Source: Antedon mediterranea (Eukaryota; Animalia; Echinodermata). Taken from it: a stretch of DNA of 64,000 bases. Below, piece after piece: positions 39,233 to 50,773 of the stretch (position 1 is the stretch's first letter; each line of letters starts with the position of its first letter). The DNA is taken from NCBI RefSeq assembly GCF_964355755.1, contig NC_092672.1:8742001-8806000 (forward strand), read 5' to 3'. The position numbers and the translations under genes were made by a program. The notes under the pieces were generated by a model. It was not told the DNA's origin and made no database searches. It saw nothing but the letters and a program-made list of their open reading frames with translations.

Positions 39233-39480
39233 AGCTCTGTCTACACTATCAAACTGTATGTGACAAAAAAACAAGGCCATATACATGGGTGCAGTCGCGT
39301 GCTAAAATTTGTGTTATTGTTTACCGACCGACCAACCGACCGACCGACCATACCGACATAGTGAGCTGAGCAAATACGGTAGTGATATGCTTAAATATGA
39401 TAGTGATATGATATTATCATGTCCATATATGGGCACATCACATTTGTTGTCACATAAAGTTTGATAGTGTAGACAGAGCT
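39233..39480. mobile_element. MITE family B with a nested HINE-like fragment (39271-39368)
   Basis: Perfect terminal AGCTCTGTCTACACTATCAAAC / GTTTGATAGTGTAGACAGAGCT. The insert ACAAGGCCATATAC...(CCGA)n matches 5532-5636. Confidence 0.9.
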
Positions 39481-39885
39481 TTAAATCTTTCATATAGGCT
39501 AAATGCATCAAAAAATGGGAATCAAGTAATGAGATATTCTTGTATTACCTTATTATCTCATTCTATGTTGTAGGTTTGTTGTTTTATCCCAAACTAAATC
39601 AATTCCCATAAGAAGATCAGTTGCAATTATTTTTGTAAACCATTAGCCTATTTAGATGAGTTATATCCTAGATGGGAAAGTGCGTGTTAATTCTTACAAT
39701 ACCCTCTTTTTGCAAAGGAGTAACTCTATGATTCTCCTGGGTATTTCAGGTTTTAATTCGTATCAGCAGAAATATTATAAGTCAAATAATAAGCTCATTA
39801 CGTTCCAATTGAAAAGATTATCACGCTATCTGATCTGACAGATGTGTCAAACCATTTTATAATCAATGCTCTATTATCGTACTAA

Positions 39886-41354
39886 AGGCAAATTTACACA
39901 GACGAGCGGCAACGGTAAGCGGAAAACCGCGTACTGTCGCTTGTCCCACGTAGAATCTGTATCTATTCTGAGCGCAAACCACTCTGCGTTGCAGTGGCGT
40001 ATCCAGTGGGGGGGGGGGGGGAGGGGGCGGGGGGCCCGGGCCCCCTGATTTCGTGTCCGTCGGCACATCATCGCGTCCGTCGGCAAACAAAGGTGCCGGG
40101 AAAAAAATAAACTACTGTATTATTCTGACAATAATTGAACTGTAAACATAATTCTTTTGAGTGTTTGTTTATTTACATATCATATCGATTCATTGATCGC
40201 TTCAGATCAACTATTTTTTATTTTCACTACATCTAACGAAACACGTAAAAAATGTGGTCAAAATATCGTACTACCTAGCACGTACGTACGGCCGTACGCA
40301 GTAGATTGTTACTCAAAAGTCTTTGACCTTACCCTATTCAACTTGTTTTTGCAGTTGAGCCTCTCATGACCTGGGATTTGTATGTCTTCCTACGCTAAGA
40401 TTATATAGTTCCACATGCCATGTGCTTTTTTGTCTAAGATATATTTATTATAAGTGCCAAAAACCCGTTTTTTTCTCGATATGAGGCCTTTATTATTCAA
40501 AATTTTTAAAGAAAAAGCACACATACCATAAAAAATATCCATGTATTTAATTTTTTGAACAGAATATTCCGTGAGGCTCAACTACAAAACCACCATTTTG
40601 TGATATGATGTCATCGTAAGCCAATCAAAGCTGAGATTTTTCGCGATTGGCATTGCTCACGGTTGAATGATTTTGGATTCTGGCTGATTTGATTGGTGGA
40701 TGCGAATCACCCGCTGCGGAGAATGTTTTCTCTCGCGCGTGTACCACCATGAATCTCTCTGATCGTTACTACACAAAGTTAGAGCAATGATTTTGCCCGA
40801 ATTCCGTTAAGTAAACAACTTTATATATTTTATAAGCATTTAATAACATGTTTTATTGATATTTCCAATGGTGATATATAAAATAAATTACTAAAAAACG
40901 TAATTATATGTAATTATTTTAACCAAAAATGACGTAGTTAATAGAATTGTCGACTGAGTGACTGAGGCCGTAAATTGTTTTACTTCTTTCGTGGCTAAAA
41001 ACGATCATTTTCGGCGTTGTTTTAGACCCTATATTTCGAAAACTACAAGTCAGATTTTCCCAATTCTTTCTTTATTGTAATATGAATAGGCCTACAACAT
41101 ACTAACAGATAAATATGTTGGTTTGGTTTTAATTTTGCATCGTTATCCCATATAAGACAATATGACTATGCAATCCTAGAACATGTATTGATCAGGTGTA
41201 TGTACAGAATGATAATGACACTATTTTTGTCGGCAAATTGGGAATTCTCTGCACCCCCAACTTCAAAATCCTGGATACGCCACTGTGCGTAAATGGTCAT
41301 AATATAAATAACATATTTTTATTACTGTTACCGCTCGTCAGTGTAAATTGACCT
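39886..41354. mobile_element. Harbinger-type MITE family C, split by a hAT insertion
   Basis: TAA|AGGCAAATTTACACAGACGAGCGGCAACGGTAA ... TTACTGTTACCGCTCGTCAGTGTAAATTGACCT|TAA. Confidence 0.85.
39992..41285 (+). mobile_element. Non-autonomous hAT-like element, 1.3 kb
   Basis: Perfect 15-bp TIR CAGTGGCGTATCCAG / CTGGATACGCCACTG with a poly-G subterminal tract. Only a partial TSD (TGCGT) here, but the sister copy at 58711 has an 8-bp TSD. Confidence 0.9.
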
Positions 41355-41438
41355 TAACGCAGTAGGTTTATAAAACATGTGTGCTTAATACCTTGTCGGT
41401 GGTAGATGAAATGTAGAATTCCGATTGTGTTTTCATAT

Positions 41439-41450
41439 GCCGCCATCTTG
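41439..41450 (+). promoter_or_regulatory. YY1-consensus site (GCCGCCATCTTG) in the divergent intergenic region
   Basis: Matches CCGCCATnTT. Function not shown. Confidence 0.25.
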
Positions 41451-43129
41451 GCGAGACAATAAAGCACGAATAAATTAATAGTACAGAAACCAATTCTATC
41501 CAATCATAAGTAGTGCATTCAGTATATCTTATGCCCGTTGATACTTGCATGTTGGTCCTCACTGTTCCGCATTCAATACGAGGCCAATGTGGGTCGAAAA
41601 TTGGTAAAAAGTGTTTGTCGCACAGGTTTTCAAGTTATGATATATTTAATTTTACAAGTTCTGTATAAGAATTATGTGACAATAATTTGGTTAGACGCCT
41701 GCTATTCAGTGACTATTTGTTTTATAATTCGTTGAATAGAAAGACTATTTTCATTCGTTGAATGTCCGATTGACCTAGTCAAATCGGCTCTCATGCCTTG
41801 TACAACGTTTAACGCATGAACTACTCAAAACTCGAAAACATTCACTATTTCTTTAGAATTTATGAAAATAATTGAAGTATTAAATATGTAATTGTCTTAT
41901 GACTTTTCATAATTACCGAGAATATAAGAACATTGAGTTTATAAAGAAAAATAATCAATTAAATGTAACCTGTATCCAAAGAAAGGGCCAATGATTTATG
42001 GTTTTTACCAACCAATTTATTATTATTATTCATTAAATAAGAAATTTAGATCAAATGCAATTAAATGGGATATTAAACGTTAATATAGATTAGTTTTAAG
42101 GTTTAATGATAATACCCTACTAATCATTAAAAAAAAAATTAATGAATACTGTATTGCAGATAGAGTGCCGTACAAAGATTAAAGTGCCTATTATATCCGA
42201 ACAAATGTTCTCAGGCTGTACAGGTATTATTATGATGGATGGCTAATAACATGAAAATAGATGAAACAAGAAAAAAAAGGAAAACACCTTTTATTATTGT
42301 AGGCTAATAATTGTCCAATCTCAAAATGTCTGAAGCTCGGTTTTTGCAAGCCCGTAGCCATGATTTTTGATAGGGTTCTCTTTTTAACAAAAAAGAAAAA
42401 GTGTTAGAGGCTGAAGAAAAAAATTAGATTTAGGCCTACAGTACCTAATATGAAAATAATATGCCTGCTGGCTAGGTAGCATTTGCCATAACATTTTCAT
42501 AAGTTAGGCCTATATTTACTAACACATTTTCTTCTGGTCTCTAGTTTGAATTTCACATCAGATTAGGTAAAGTTAATACTACACGGTTGGACAAAATATC
42601 TACCGAGGTTACGGTACCACAAGGCAACCACACGCTACAGTACCATTTTCTGGTGTGGTTCTAAAAATGGTGGTGGATTGAAGTGCTGAACCAAAATCTC
42701 ATCTCTTTTGAATAATACAGTTGAATATTTAGGTGTTTTGGTTAAATATTACCATTTATTTTGTCTTTTTATAAGTTAAAACATAGTATTGTTTATTTCT
42801 ATTCAACGTAATTAACTTATAAATACAAAATGACCTATTATGGAATGATGGCAAGACGTTTCAAAGTCAATCAAATTAGGCCTAAATACACGAGTAAAGA
42901 ACACAGTCTTGCAAATGTTGATTAAACATATAGGCCTAACTACATTATCTATTAACATTTTTGTCGTGGTTATGTCTCATTTCCAGAATAGAAGATGATA
43001 ACATTGTATCATTGTTTTATTATCAGCTAAAACTAAAGGTATTAGCAAATAAACCTTTGACCATACCAAACAACAATGCTGCGGTAAGAATTCACGGTAC
43101 ACATATACCTTGTATAGTTGCCGTACAAA

Positions 43130-43172
43130 ATGGAGAATATAGGATTGATGTTGGTATTTCTTGCTTTATGTG
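43130..43172 (+). CDS. Transmembrane mucin-like gene, exon 1 (signal peptide MENIGLMLVFLALC-G)
   Basis: Good start context ACAAAATGG, hydrophobic core, donor G|GTAAAT in phase 1, matching the acceptor at 44524. Confidence 0.8.
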
Positions 43173-43988
43173 GTAAATATTGTTACATTTTCTGTAATTT
43201 TAGATTGTTTGGCCTATTTAATAAGTATGGTTGTTTAAACGGCTAATGGTCAAGGCATAGGGCTATAAATAGGCTCAATTGCTATAGAATGTAATGGGTG
43301 ACTCTTTCAAAAGATAGTTACACGTATAATACTGATCCCCTATGATGGTCTCTTTTTAGGCCTATACTACACAAAAACAAAGTCTGTGTTGCCAACCGAT
43401 TGTCAGGCATACTTGTCCACTTCGGCTCCCAACTTTACTTATGTTTAGCCACTATATTATTTCTATAATATTATAATATTACTTTTCTTATTAAATAAAT
43501 ATTAATAAATACGTACGGTATACTATCCTATAAACAACACAATGAAAATCAATAATTTCTGAGTATATAAAGAACAGTAATTAATATGTTAGTGTATGTT
43601 TTGTACTAGTACTTTCTATGTACAAATACAGATAATGCCTTTTATTAAATCATTCATTGTTATTAGTTAGTATGATCAATTTATTATCTCAAAGTTAACC
43701 CCTTAAAAATTTAAATTGCATAATTTCTATGTACTTATAATCATAGCTTAAAACATATAATCGTCTTTTTTTTTAAAGGATAAACTCAAACACGTTTTGC
43801 TCATTTACTAAAAATGAGATAATGCCTTTTTGGTAAATCAGGGCAGTGTTGTACTGTATCCGACTTTTGTTATTATCAATGTGTACTGTAGTACAGTTGG
43901 TTCAATTATTGTTTGCTTGCTGATACAACAACTGAAATTGTTTCCAAATGATTTCACGTCATGTGCTATTTATATAAACTATTGATAT

Positions 43989-44161
43989 TTCCCACTAGTA
44001 ACGTAACGCAAGGACGTAAACGCAACGCAAGCGTTTTAACCAATGACAAGCGAAGTTATAGACAGTTAGCAATCACAAGCGAATAAGCCATCGCTTGTGA
44101 TTGGTCAATTCACTTGCGTTGCGTTACGTCCTTGCGTTGCGTCGCTAGTGGGAACCACGCT
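43989..44161. mobile_element. Harbinger-type MITE A1 (left TIR clipped), in mucin intron 1
   Basis: Near-identical to 13955-14129; ends GGGAACCACGCT|TAA. Confidence 0.9.
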
Positions 44162-44169
44162 TAAGATAT

Positions 44170-44406
44170 CGTACTTATTCGCTTTGAATAAACGCCTCCC
44201 TCGAATAAACGCCTCGCTTTGAATAAACGCCTCCCTCGAATAAACGCCCCCTATAGAACATAATTTTGAATAAACGCCCCCTCCTCACCCTCTCCATCGA
44301 ATAAACACATTTCTATTTGTAGTACAATTTATTGATCAACAATTACCTCCTCCACCGAATACACGTCTCCCTCGAATAAATTGAGGTGTTTTTCGAATAA
44401 ATACGG
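44170..44406. mobile_element. Tc1/mariner(pogo)-type MITE with internal GAATAAACGCC repeats
   Basis: Ends CGTACTTATTCG / CGAATAAATACGG|TA; about 7 copies of (C/T)GAATAAACGCC. Confidence 0.65.
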
Positions 44407-44523
44407 TATATATCTTTCAAACGGAATTGCATCTAAAACATTTTCTGAAACATCATGACATTTTCTGTTAAACTGAGTAAAGAAAGCAAGGTGTAGGCCT
44501 ATAATGATTTTCTTTCTTTGCAG

Positions 44524-45216
44524 GAAGTTGTTTTGATGGAATCTCAGCTACAAACCTAACAACTACAGAACCGACAACCACAGAACCAATAACTACAAAA
44601 ACGCAAACTACAGAACCGACAACCACAGAACCGACAACTACAAACCTAACAACTACAGAACCGACAACCACAGAACAGATAACTACAAACACAACTACAG
44701 AACCGAAAACCACAGAACCGATAACTACAAACACAACTACAGAACCGACAACCACAGAACCGATAACTACACACCTAACAACTACAGAACCGACAACCAC
44801 AAAATTGATAACTACAAACCCGCCAACTAGAGAACCGACAACCACAAAACCAATAACTACAAACCCGCCAACTACAGAACCGACAACCACAGAACAGATA
44901 ACTACAAACACAACTACAGAACCGACAACCACAAAACCGATAACTACAAACGCGCCAACTACAGAACCGACAACCACAGAACAGATAACTACAAACACAA
45001 CTACAGAGCCGACAACCACAAAACCGATAACTACAGGACCGATAACTATAAAAAAGACCGTAAAACTTACTGCTACTACAAATATAAATGTTTCTCAGAG
45101 CACTACTAAGGCGAACCATACGTCAGTGTCTACAAACACATCAGAAGATACCGGAAAACCAACACAATTTTCACCAGTAACTAAAATTAATGGACAACCT
45201 GCCAACGGAAGACGAA
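44524..45216 (+). CDS. Mucin-like gene, exon 2 (Thr/Pro/Glu-rich repeats of 14-15 aa, e.g. ITTNTTTEPTTTEP)
   Basis: Acceptor TTTCTTTGCAG|. Open frame of about 230 codons continuous with ORF 44805-45257. A phase-1 donor A|GTATTA at 45217 (weak) matches exon 3. Confidence 0.85.
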
Positions 45217-45421
45217 GTATTAATTTTATCAACGTTTTAATAAGATACCGTAGTTAAATAGTTTGACTACATTTTCAAACAAATTGAATAGGCCTACTGC
45301 AGATTTACCAATATAAATGAAGTCTAAATACTTTGAATTGACGGCAAATCTATTTCAAAATTGACGGCAAACCTATTTGTCCGTTAGGGCATGCCAAAAT
45401 AATAATAGTTCTATAACTTTA

Positions 45422-45581
45422 AGCTCTGTCTACACTATCCAATTTGATGTGACAAAAAATGTGATGGGCGAATAATATGGACATGATGATATCATATCAC
45501 TGCCATATTTAGGAATATCATTACCATATTTGGGCACATCACACTTTTTTGTCAAACTAGTCTGATAGTGTAGACAGAGCT
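45422..45581. mobile_element. Harbinger-type MITE family B (mucin intron 2)
   Basis: TTA|AGCTCTGTCTACACTATC ... GATAGTGTAGACAGAGCT|TAA. Confidence 0.9.
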
Positions 45582-46094
45582 TAAGGTTATCCTTTGTGTG
45601 AATGTGTGTCTGAAAGCCCGGTTCCAGTAAACAGAAATAGTGTAGGCCTAATACTAAAATTATTTTCGTATTTTAAGGCTTAATAGCTTGTCAAAGTATA
45701 CTTGTTAAGAACTGAGAGGAAAACTATCAGTTGTTGTTTATTATTATATAACACATTTTCTTAGCATGATTACCATTAAACTAGGCGATGATATCTCGCC
45801 TCAACCAAATACCAATTTGATATACTGTAGCAAAATATCATGTTTCATAAGCAAATTTAATATGTCGTTTTTCATGGATGTAATACTCGATAACATTGAT
45901 GCCAAGATGGTTACCGTACTCAGGCAGGGGGGTTATAGCAAAAGGTTTCCTACTTTCATTTACCTACAATATATTTTTATAAGATAATCTATATTGTTTT
46001 GACTATTGTTGTAACATGACCACAGTATACTGATTTTGCCATTTTCCCAACGGACTGTACTGTATTTCTTATAATTTGTATATATTTGTTTTAG

Positions 46095-46185
46095 AACTTG
46101 GAATAGCATTGGGATGTATTTCCGTGGCTACTCTGGTAATAGCGTGTGCTGTCTTTTGTATGACCGTTTGTCAAAGACAAAGAGG
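46095..46185 (+). CDS. Mucin-like gene, exon 3 (transmembrane helix)
   Basis: TTTGTTTTAG| ... |GTAAGT. Encodes LGIALGCISVATLVIACAVFCMTVCQRQR, a TM segment followed by basic stop-transfer residues. Confidence 0.85.
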
Positions 46186-46945
46186 GTAAGTAATTATAAA
46201 AGGAATTAAATCTGTTAAAATGAAAATTATAAAATCTTATGTAAATATAATAAGCAATCAACTGTGTTAGCAATTGTTATCAATCGTTAAAAATATGAAA
46301 TGTTATAAATAAAATGTTTTGTAAAATGGTCGAACGATTGTTGAGGGCTAAAATACATTTTGACTATGGGAGGCATGGTACCAAACCTAGTTCAGGAAAA
46401 GTAGATCTTTTTACGTACAAATGAATATTTTGTAATCAATATAACAAGACTTATCTAACCTATGACACATGTGTTAATTTGCAATTAGTAATTAATAATC
46501 CTGTCCATTCTAACTCTAAAAATGCGATCTTGTATACAGTTGGTGTTTTTGAGCCCCACAAAGTAGGTTTATGTTGATTATCTAATTCCATATACACAAA
46601 ACAACAATACATAAAATTACCAAGAAACATTGACATAAATAAAATTACAGCAATGAGATAAAAGTTTCCCACAATCTGGCCTTTGGCCACTAGTGGTAAC
46701 TTGTTGCATGGTGGTTTTTGGTTTGTCCCCTTTTTTTAATGTTTTATATGAAATAAAGAAATAATAAATAAATAATAAATTTTAATTTATTTTGATAGTG
46801 GCCCTCAATCACTTGAATTGTTATCCAATAAACCCATTTTATAAATTGTTTCTAAAATAAATGCATTTTACAATGTGTAATTATTGTAAGCTATTAGGCC
46901 TAGGTCTGACGATCTACCGACAGTAACATAGAAAATCTTCGGCTT

Positions 46946-47290
46946 GTGCTTGTGCTTCGGCTTGTGCAAGGACTATTAGAAGATAAACTTAAACTAAACA
47001 ACATATCAATTGAAAATGCTCACAGAACAGGCAGAATAAGAAACGAAGGCCGTGATACTAAACCGAGACATATCATTGTTAAGTTTATTTATAGGCCGCA
47101 GAGATCTGCTGTACTTCGTATGGCTAGAAAAAATAAGGTAGATACTTTTTACGTTATGGAAGATCTGCCGGCAGTGGATGTTCGAAAGAAATATGAACTG
47201 AAAGACATTATGGCTAAAGCGTTCAGTGAGGGTAAACGCCCATCATTTAAAAATGGTAAACTTTTCATAAATGGGAAACCATACAAGTGA
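46946..47290 (+). CDS. LINE ORF1 C-terminal part (RRM/L1-type RNA-binding region), 5'-truncated
   Basis: IENAHRTG, PRHIIVKF, VMEDL and GKLFING motifs typical of this class of ORF1. Confidence 0.8.
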   Translation: MLVLRLVQGLLEDKLKLNNISIENAHRTGRIRNEGRDTKPRHIIVKFIYRPQRSAVLRMARKNKVDTFYVMEDLPAVDVRKKYELKDIMAKAFSEGKRPSFKNGKLFINGKPYK

Positions 47291-47662
47291 TTAAACAATA
47301 ACAACAAAATAAACATTAAAAGGTGATATTGATTCAATTGATGCTTATTCTTTAATTTTAAATTAATATTAATATTATTATATCACAAGAAAATTAAGAG
47401 CTAGTATTAAGAAAGATGAAAATTTGTGTTATAAATCTACTAAGGAGCTAGGTAGATAGAAATGTATAAGAATTATGCAAGATTATATTGTCAAATTGTT
47501 ATTAATAATATATAATGTCATTATTATAATTATTATATTTATTATTTTAATGTTAATATTACCTATTATTTTATTTTTCTCGACATGTCGGTTTTATAAA
47601 AGCGCAACTATAAATTTATATGCACGTCATTACATTTATATTTATGATACTGTACAATTAAT

Positions 47663-50600
47663 ATGATGTATACAACTTTTTCTCAACTTCCATTCCACGA
47701 TATAGATTATTCTGATGAATTACATGCATCACATATACCTCCAGAAATAAATAATGCTGATTTTAATCCTCTGATAGATAACGACCTAAAATTCGACCAA
47801 CAATCCAACATGTTAATAGATCATCTTAATTTAAGGTCATCCACGCTTGATAATTGCAAATATCATGATATCAATATATTTAATAATTTTACTGGCAAAT
47901 TACCAGATAGCAATCACCTATCTCTATTACATCTTAACATCAGAAGTGTATCTAATAAATTTGATAAACTTAACGAACTCGTACACTCTATTAACTTAAA
48001 ATTCAGCATAATTGGCCTTTCTGAAACCTGGTTGAATGAAAGCAAAATGCATCCATTTCTTCATAATTATACTTTTTTATCTAGTGATCGCATTGGCAAT
48101 AAAACAGGAGGTGGTGTTGGCTTGTTTGTTAAAAACCATATTAATTATAATATCAGAAATGACTTAATATTGCCAAAAGAAATATGTGACTCACTATTTA
48201 TAGAAATCATTCATAAAAATAAGAAAAATTCTATTATTGGCATTATCTATAGACCACCGGATTCCAATATTGATACCTTCTCTACAATAATAAATGACCT
48301 ACTAACTAAAGTAAATTCTGAAAATAAATATTGTAATATAATGGGAGATTTTAATATTGACCTTATTAAATTTCATAACCATAATCATATAAATAATTAT
48401 CTAAATACTATTTTATTAAATTCTTTTTTTCCTACTATTTCGAAACCAACCAGAATTACAACAAATAGTGCGACTCCTATTGATCATTTTTATACAAATC
48501 ACATAAATCTTGAAATAACATCCGGAATAATAATATCAGATATCTCTGACCATCTACCTATATTCCAAATAATTGACTATGATTTATGTTTTAAAAACAC
48601 CTCAATTGATTACTCACATTATGTTGCAGACATAAATTCACTAAATTTTGATTTATCGCAGGCTGATTGGTCAAGTGTTTATAATGCTGATTATAAATCT
48701 GCTATTGATACATTTAATGATATATTTTTTAGTATTTATCAACGACACTTGGTCACTAAAGAAATTAAAATAAATAAATATAAAAAATGCAAACAGCCTT
48801 GGATGACCCCTACTCTTCTTAAAAGCAGTCAACGAAAACACTACCTTTATAAAAAATATATTAAATCTCAGAGCCCAAACGACAAAACAACATACACAAG
48901 TTATAATAATTTGTTTATTGCTCTTTGTCGTACTGCTAAAAAACAATATTATGAAAGAAAATTCAATCAAGTCAAAACAAATATTAAGAAAGTTTGGGGT
49001 GTGATCAATTCTGTTTTAAATCCAGCTAGAAAAATTAATAAAAATCCCTCAGTCTTGAAAATTGGGGATGAATTTATTTATGATACTAACTCTATATGTG
49101 ATCACTTTAACAAATATTTTTCAGAAATCGGTTTAAAAACGCTCAACTCCATCCCAGATAATAATATTGATCCAATGTCGAATTTACCACCCCCACCCAT
49201 TAATTCATTTTTTATTAACCCAGTCACTGAAAATGAAGTGTTGAACATGATCAACAGTCTAGACTCTAATAAAGGATCAGGACACGACTCCCTTACACCT
49301 TCTGTTCTTAAAAAAGTTACTCCTTTTATTTTAATTCCTCTTACTTATGTTATCAATTTATCTTTTACTACAGGAATCGTACCTGATCATATAAAATTAG
49401 CTAAAGTGGTCCCAGTTTTTAAAAAGGGAAATGCAAACTTACTTAACAATTATAGACCGATTTCCGTTCTCCCCATTCTCTCAAAAATAATAGAAAAATT
49501 AATGCATACTCGTCTTTATACATATTTAACTAAACATAACATCCTAAATAATCATCAATATGGTTTTCGTAAAAAACACTCTACCTGTCACGCTATGCTT
49601 GAACTTATACATTCAATTAATAATGCATTTGAAAATAAAGAATTTTTGTTAAGCACTTTTCTTGATCTATCCAAAGCTTTTGATGTTGTTAATCATGATA
49701 TTTTACTTTCAAAACTGTTACGTTATGGCATTAGAGGTGTTTCGTTAAAATGGTTTATTAGTTATCTTAGTAATCGTAAACAATATGTACAGATTGGTAA
49801 CTGTAAATCATCGGCAAAGAACGTTCCATGTGGTGTACCACAGGGGTCGGTCCTTGGACCCTTATTATTTCTTATTTACGTAAATGACATAACCTTTGTT
49901 AGTGATACACTGAATATTGTTTCCTTTGCCGATGATACAACTTTATTTTATTCAAACAAAAATATTGATTTATTAGTAAATACCTTTAATTTAGAATTAA
50001 ATAAGATTGAAAATTGGTTCTCTTCTAATAAATTATTGATTAATACTTCAAAAACAAATTTCATTATATTTCACTCCCATCGAAACAGGCATAAATTAAG
50101 TAACAAAAACATTCAGGTTGTTCTAAATGGTAAAAATCTGGACCGAAAAAGCGAAACTTTATTTCTTGGAATTTTAATTAATGAAAACTTAAATTGGACC
50201 GGTCATCAGAAAAATATTTCAATCAAAATGTCTAAATGCATTGGTGTTATAAACCAGATAAAATATTTTTTTCCTCAACACATTTTACTTTCTTTGTATA
50301 ATTCGCTTATATTACCACATTTACTTTATTGCAATATTATATGGGCAGCTGATTATCCATCAAATTTACAAAGAATTTTCATTTTACAAAAACGTGTTGT
50401 TCGATTATTAAACTTTGAACAATCTACATCTGCATCAGAACCTTTGTTTAAAAAACTTAAAATTTTAAAAATATATGACCTTCATAAACTTCAAGTTACT
50501 TCTTTTATGTTTGAATATGTTACTGGTTTACTACCAAAGTCTGTTTCAATGTTATTTTCAAATCGTTTATTAGATCATACCTATAACATAAGAAATCCAC

Positions 50601-50773
50601 ATAAATTGTATGTTCCATTTGTTAAACTTAGAAAAAGCCAGTTTTTTATTACTTATTTAGGACCAACGTATTGGAATAATCTAGATTCAACTGCCATCAA
50701 TCATTTATATACTGTAAATTCATTTAGAAAGCATATAAAAATCCTTTATTTATCTTGTTACCAAACCTACTAA
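47663..50773 (+). CDS. LINE ORF2: apurinic-type endonuclease plus reverse transcriptase, 1036 aa
   Basis: APE motifs HLNIRS, GLSETWL, IYRPP, GDFN, IDHF and SDHLP. RT motifs NYRPIS, QYGFR, DLSKAFD, GVPQGSVLGP, FADDT and FLG. Confidence 0.97.
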   Translation: MMYTTFSQLPFHDIDYSDELHASHIPPEINNADFNPLIDNDLKFDQQSNMLIDHLNLRSSTLDNCKYHDINIFNNFTGKLPDSNHLSLLHLNIRSVSNKFDKLNELVHSINLKFSIIGLSETWLNESKMHPFLHNYTFLSSDRIGNKTGGGVGLFVKNHINYNIRNDLILPKEICDSLFIEIIHKNKKNSIIGIIYRPPDSNIDTFSTIINDLLTKVNSENKYCNIMGDFNIDLIKFHNHNHINNYLNTILLNSFFPTISKPTRITTNSATPIDHFYTNHINLEITSGIIISDISDHLPIFQIIDYDLCFKNTSIDYSHYVADINSLNFDLSQADWSSVYNADYKSAIDTFNDIFFSIYQRHLVTKEIKINKYKKCKQPWMTPTLLKSSQRKHYLYKKYIKSQSPNDKTTYTSYNNLFIALCRTAKKQYYERKFNQVKTNIKKVWGVINSVLNPARKINKNPSVLKIGDEFIYDTNSICDHFNKYFSEIGLKTLNSIPDNNIDPMSNLPPPPINSFFINPVTENEVLNMINSLDSNKGSGHDSLTPSVLKKVTPFILIPLTYVINLSFTTGIVPDHIKLAKVVPVFKKGNANLLNNYRPISVLPILSKIIEKLMHTRLYTYLTKHNILNNHQYGFRKKHSTCHAMLELIHSINNAFENKEFLLSTFLDLSKAFDVVNHDILLSKLLRYGIRGVSLKWFISYLSNRKQYVQIGNCKSSAKNVPCGVPQGSVLGPLLFLIYVNDITFVSDTLNIVSFADDTTLFYSNKNIDLLVNTFNLELNKIENWFSSNKLLINTSKTNFIIFHSHRNRHKLSNKNIQVVLNGKNLDRKSETLFLGILINENLNWTGHQKNISIKMSKCIGVINQIKYFFPQHILLSLYNSLILPHLLYCNIIWAADYPSNLQRIFILQKRVVRLLNFEQSTSASEPLFKKLKILKIYDLHKLQVTSFMFEYVTGLLPKSVSMLFSNRLLDHTYNIRNPHKLYVPFVKLRKSQFFITYLGPTYWNNLDSTAINHLYTVNSFRKHIKILYLSCYQTY

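Noticed and set aside
39863-40090. Poly-Pro / poly-Gly ORFs
   Set aside because: Arise from the G-tract at the hAT element terminus.
42961-43176. 71-aa ORF with flanking splice-like sites as a mucin exon
   Set aside because: Its phase at the 43173 donor does not fit exon 2. The overlapping frame from ATG 43130 gives a signal peptide and the correct phase; the upstream part may be 5' UTR.
44468-45119. Minus-strand ORFs rich in VVVGS or CGCRF repeats
   Set aside because: Antisense shadows of the Thr/Pro mucin exon; the + frame has the splice sites, signal peptide and TM exon.
45766-45987. 73-aa ORF after an AG in mucin intron 2
   Set aside because: Phase-incompatible with the exon 2 donor used, no convincing donor, and no recognisable motif.
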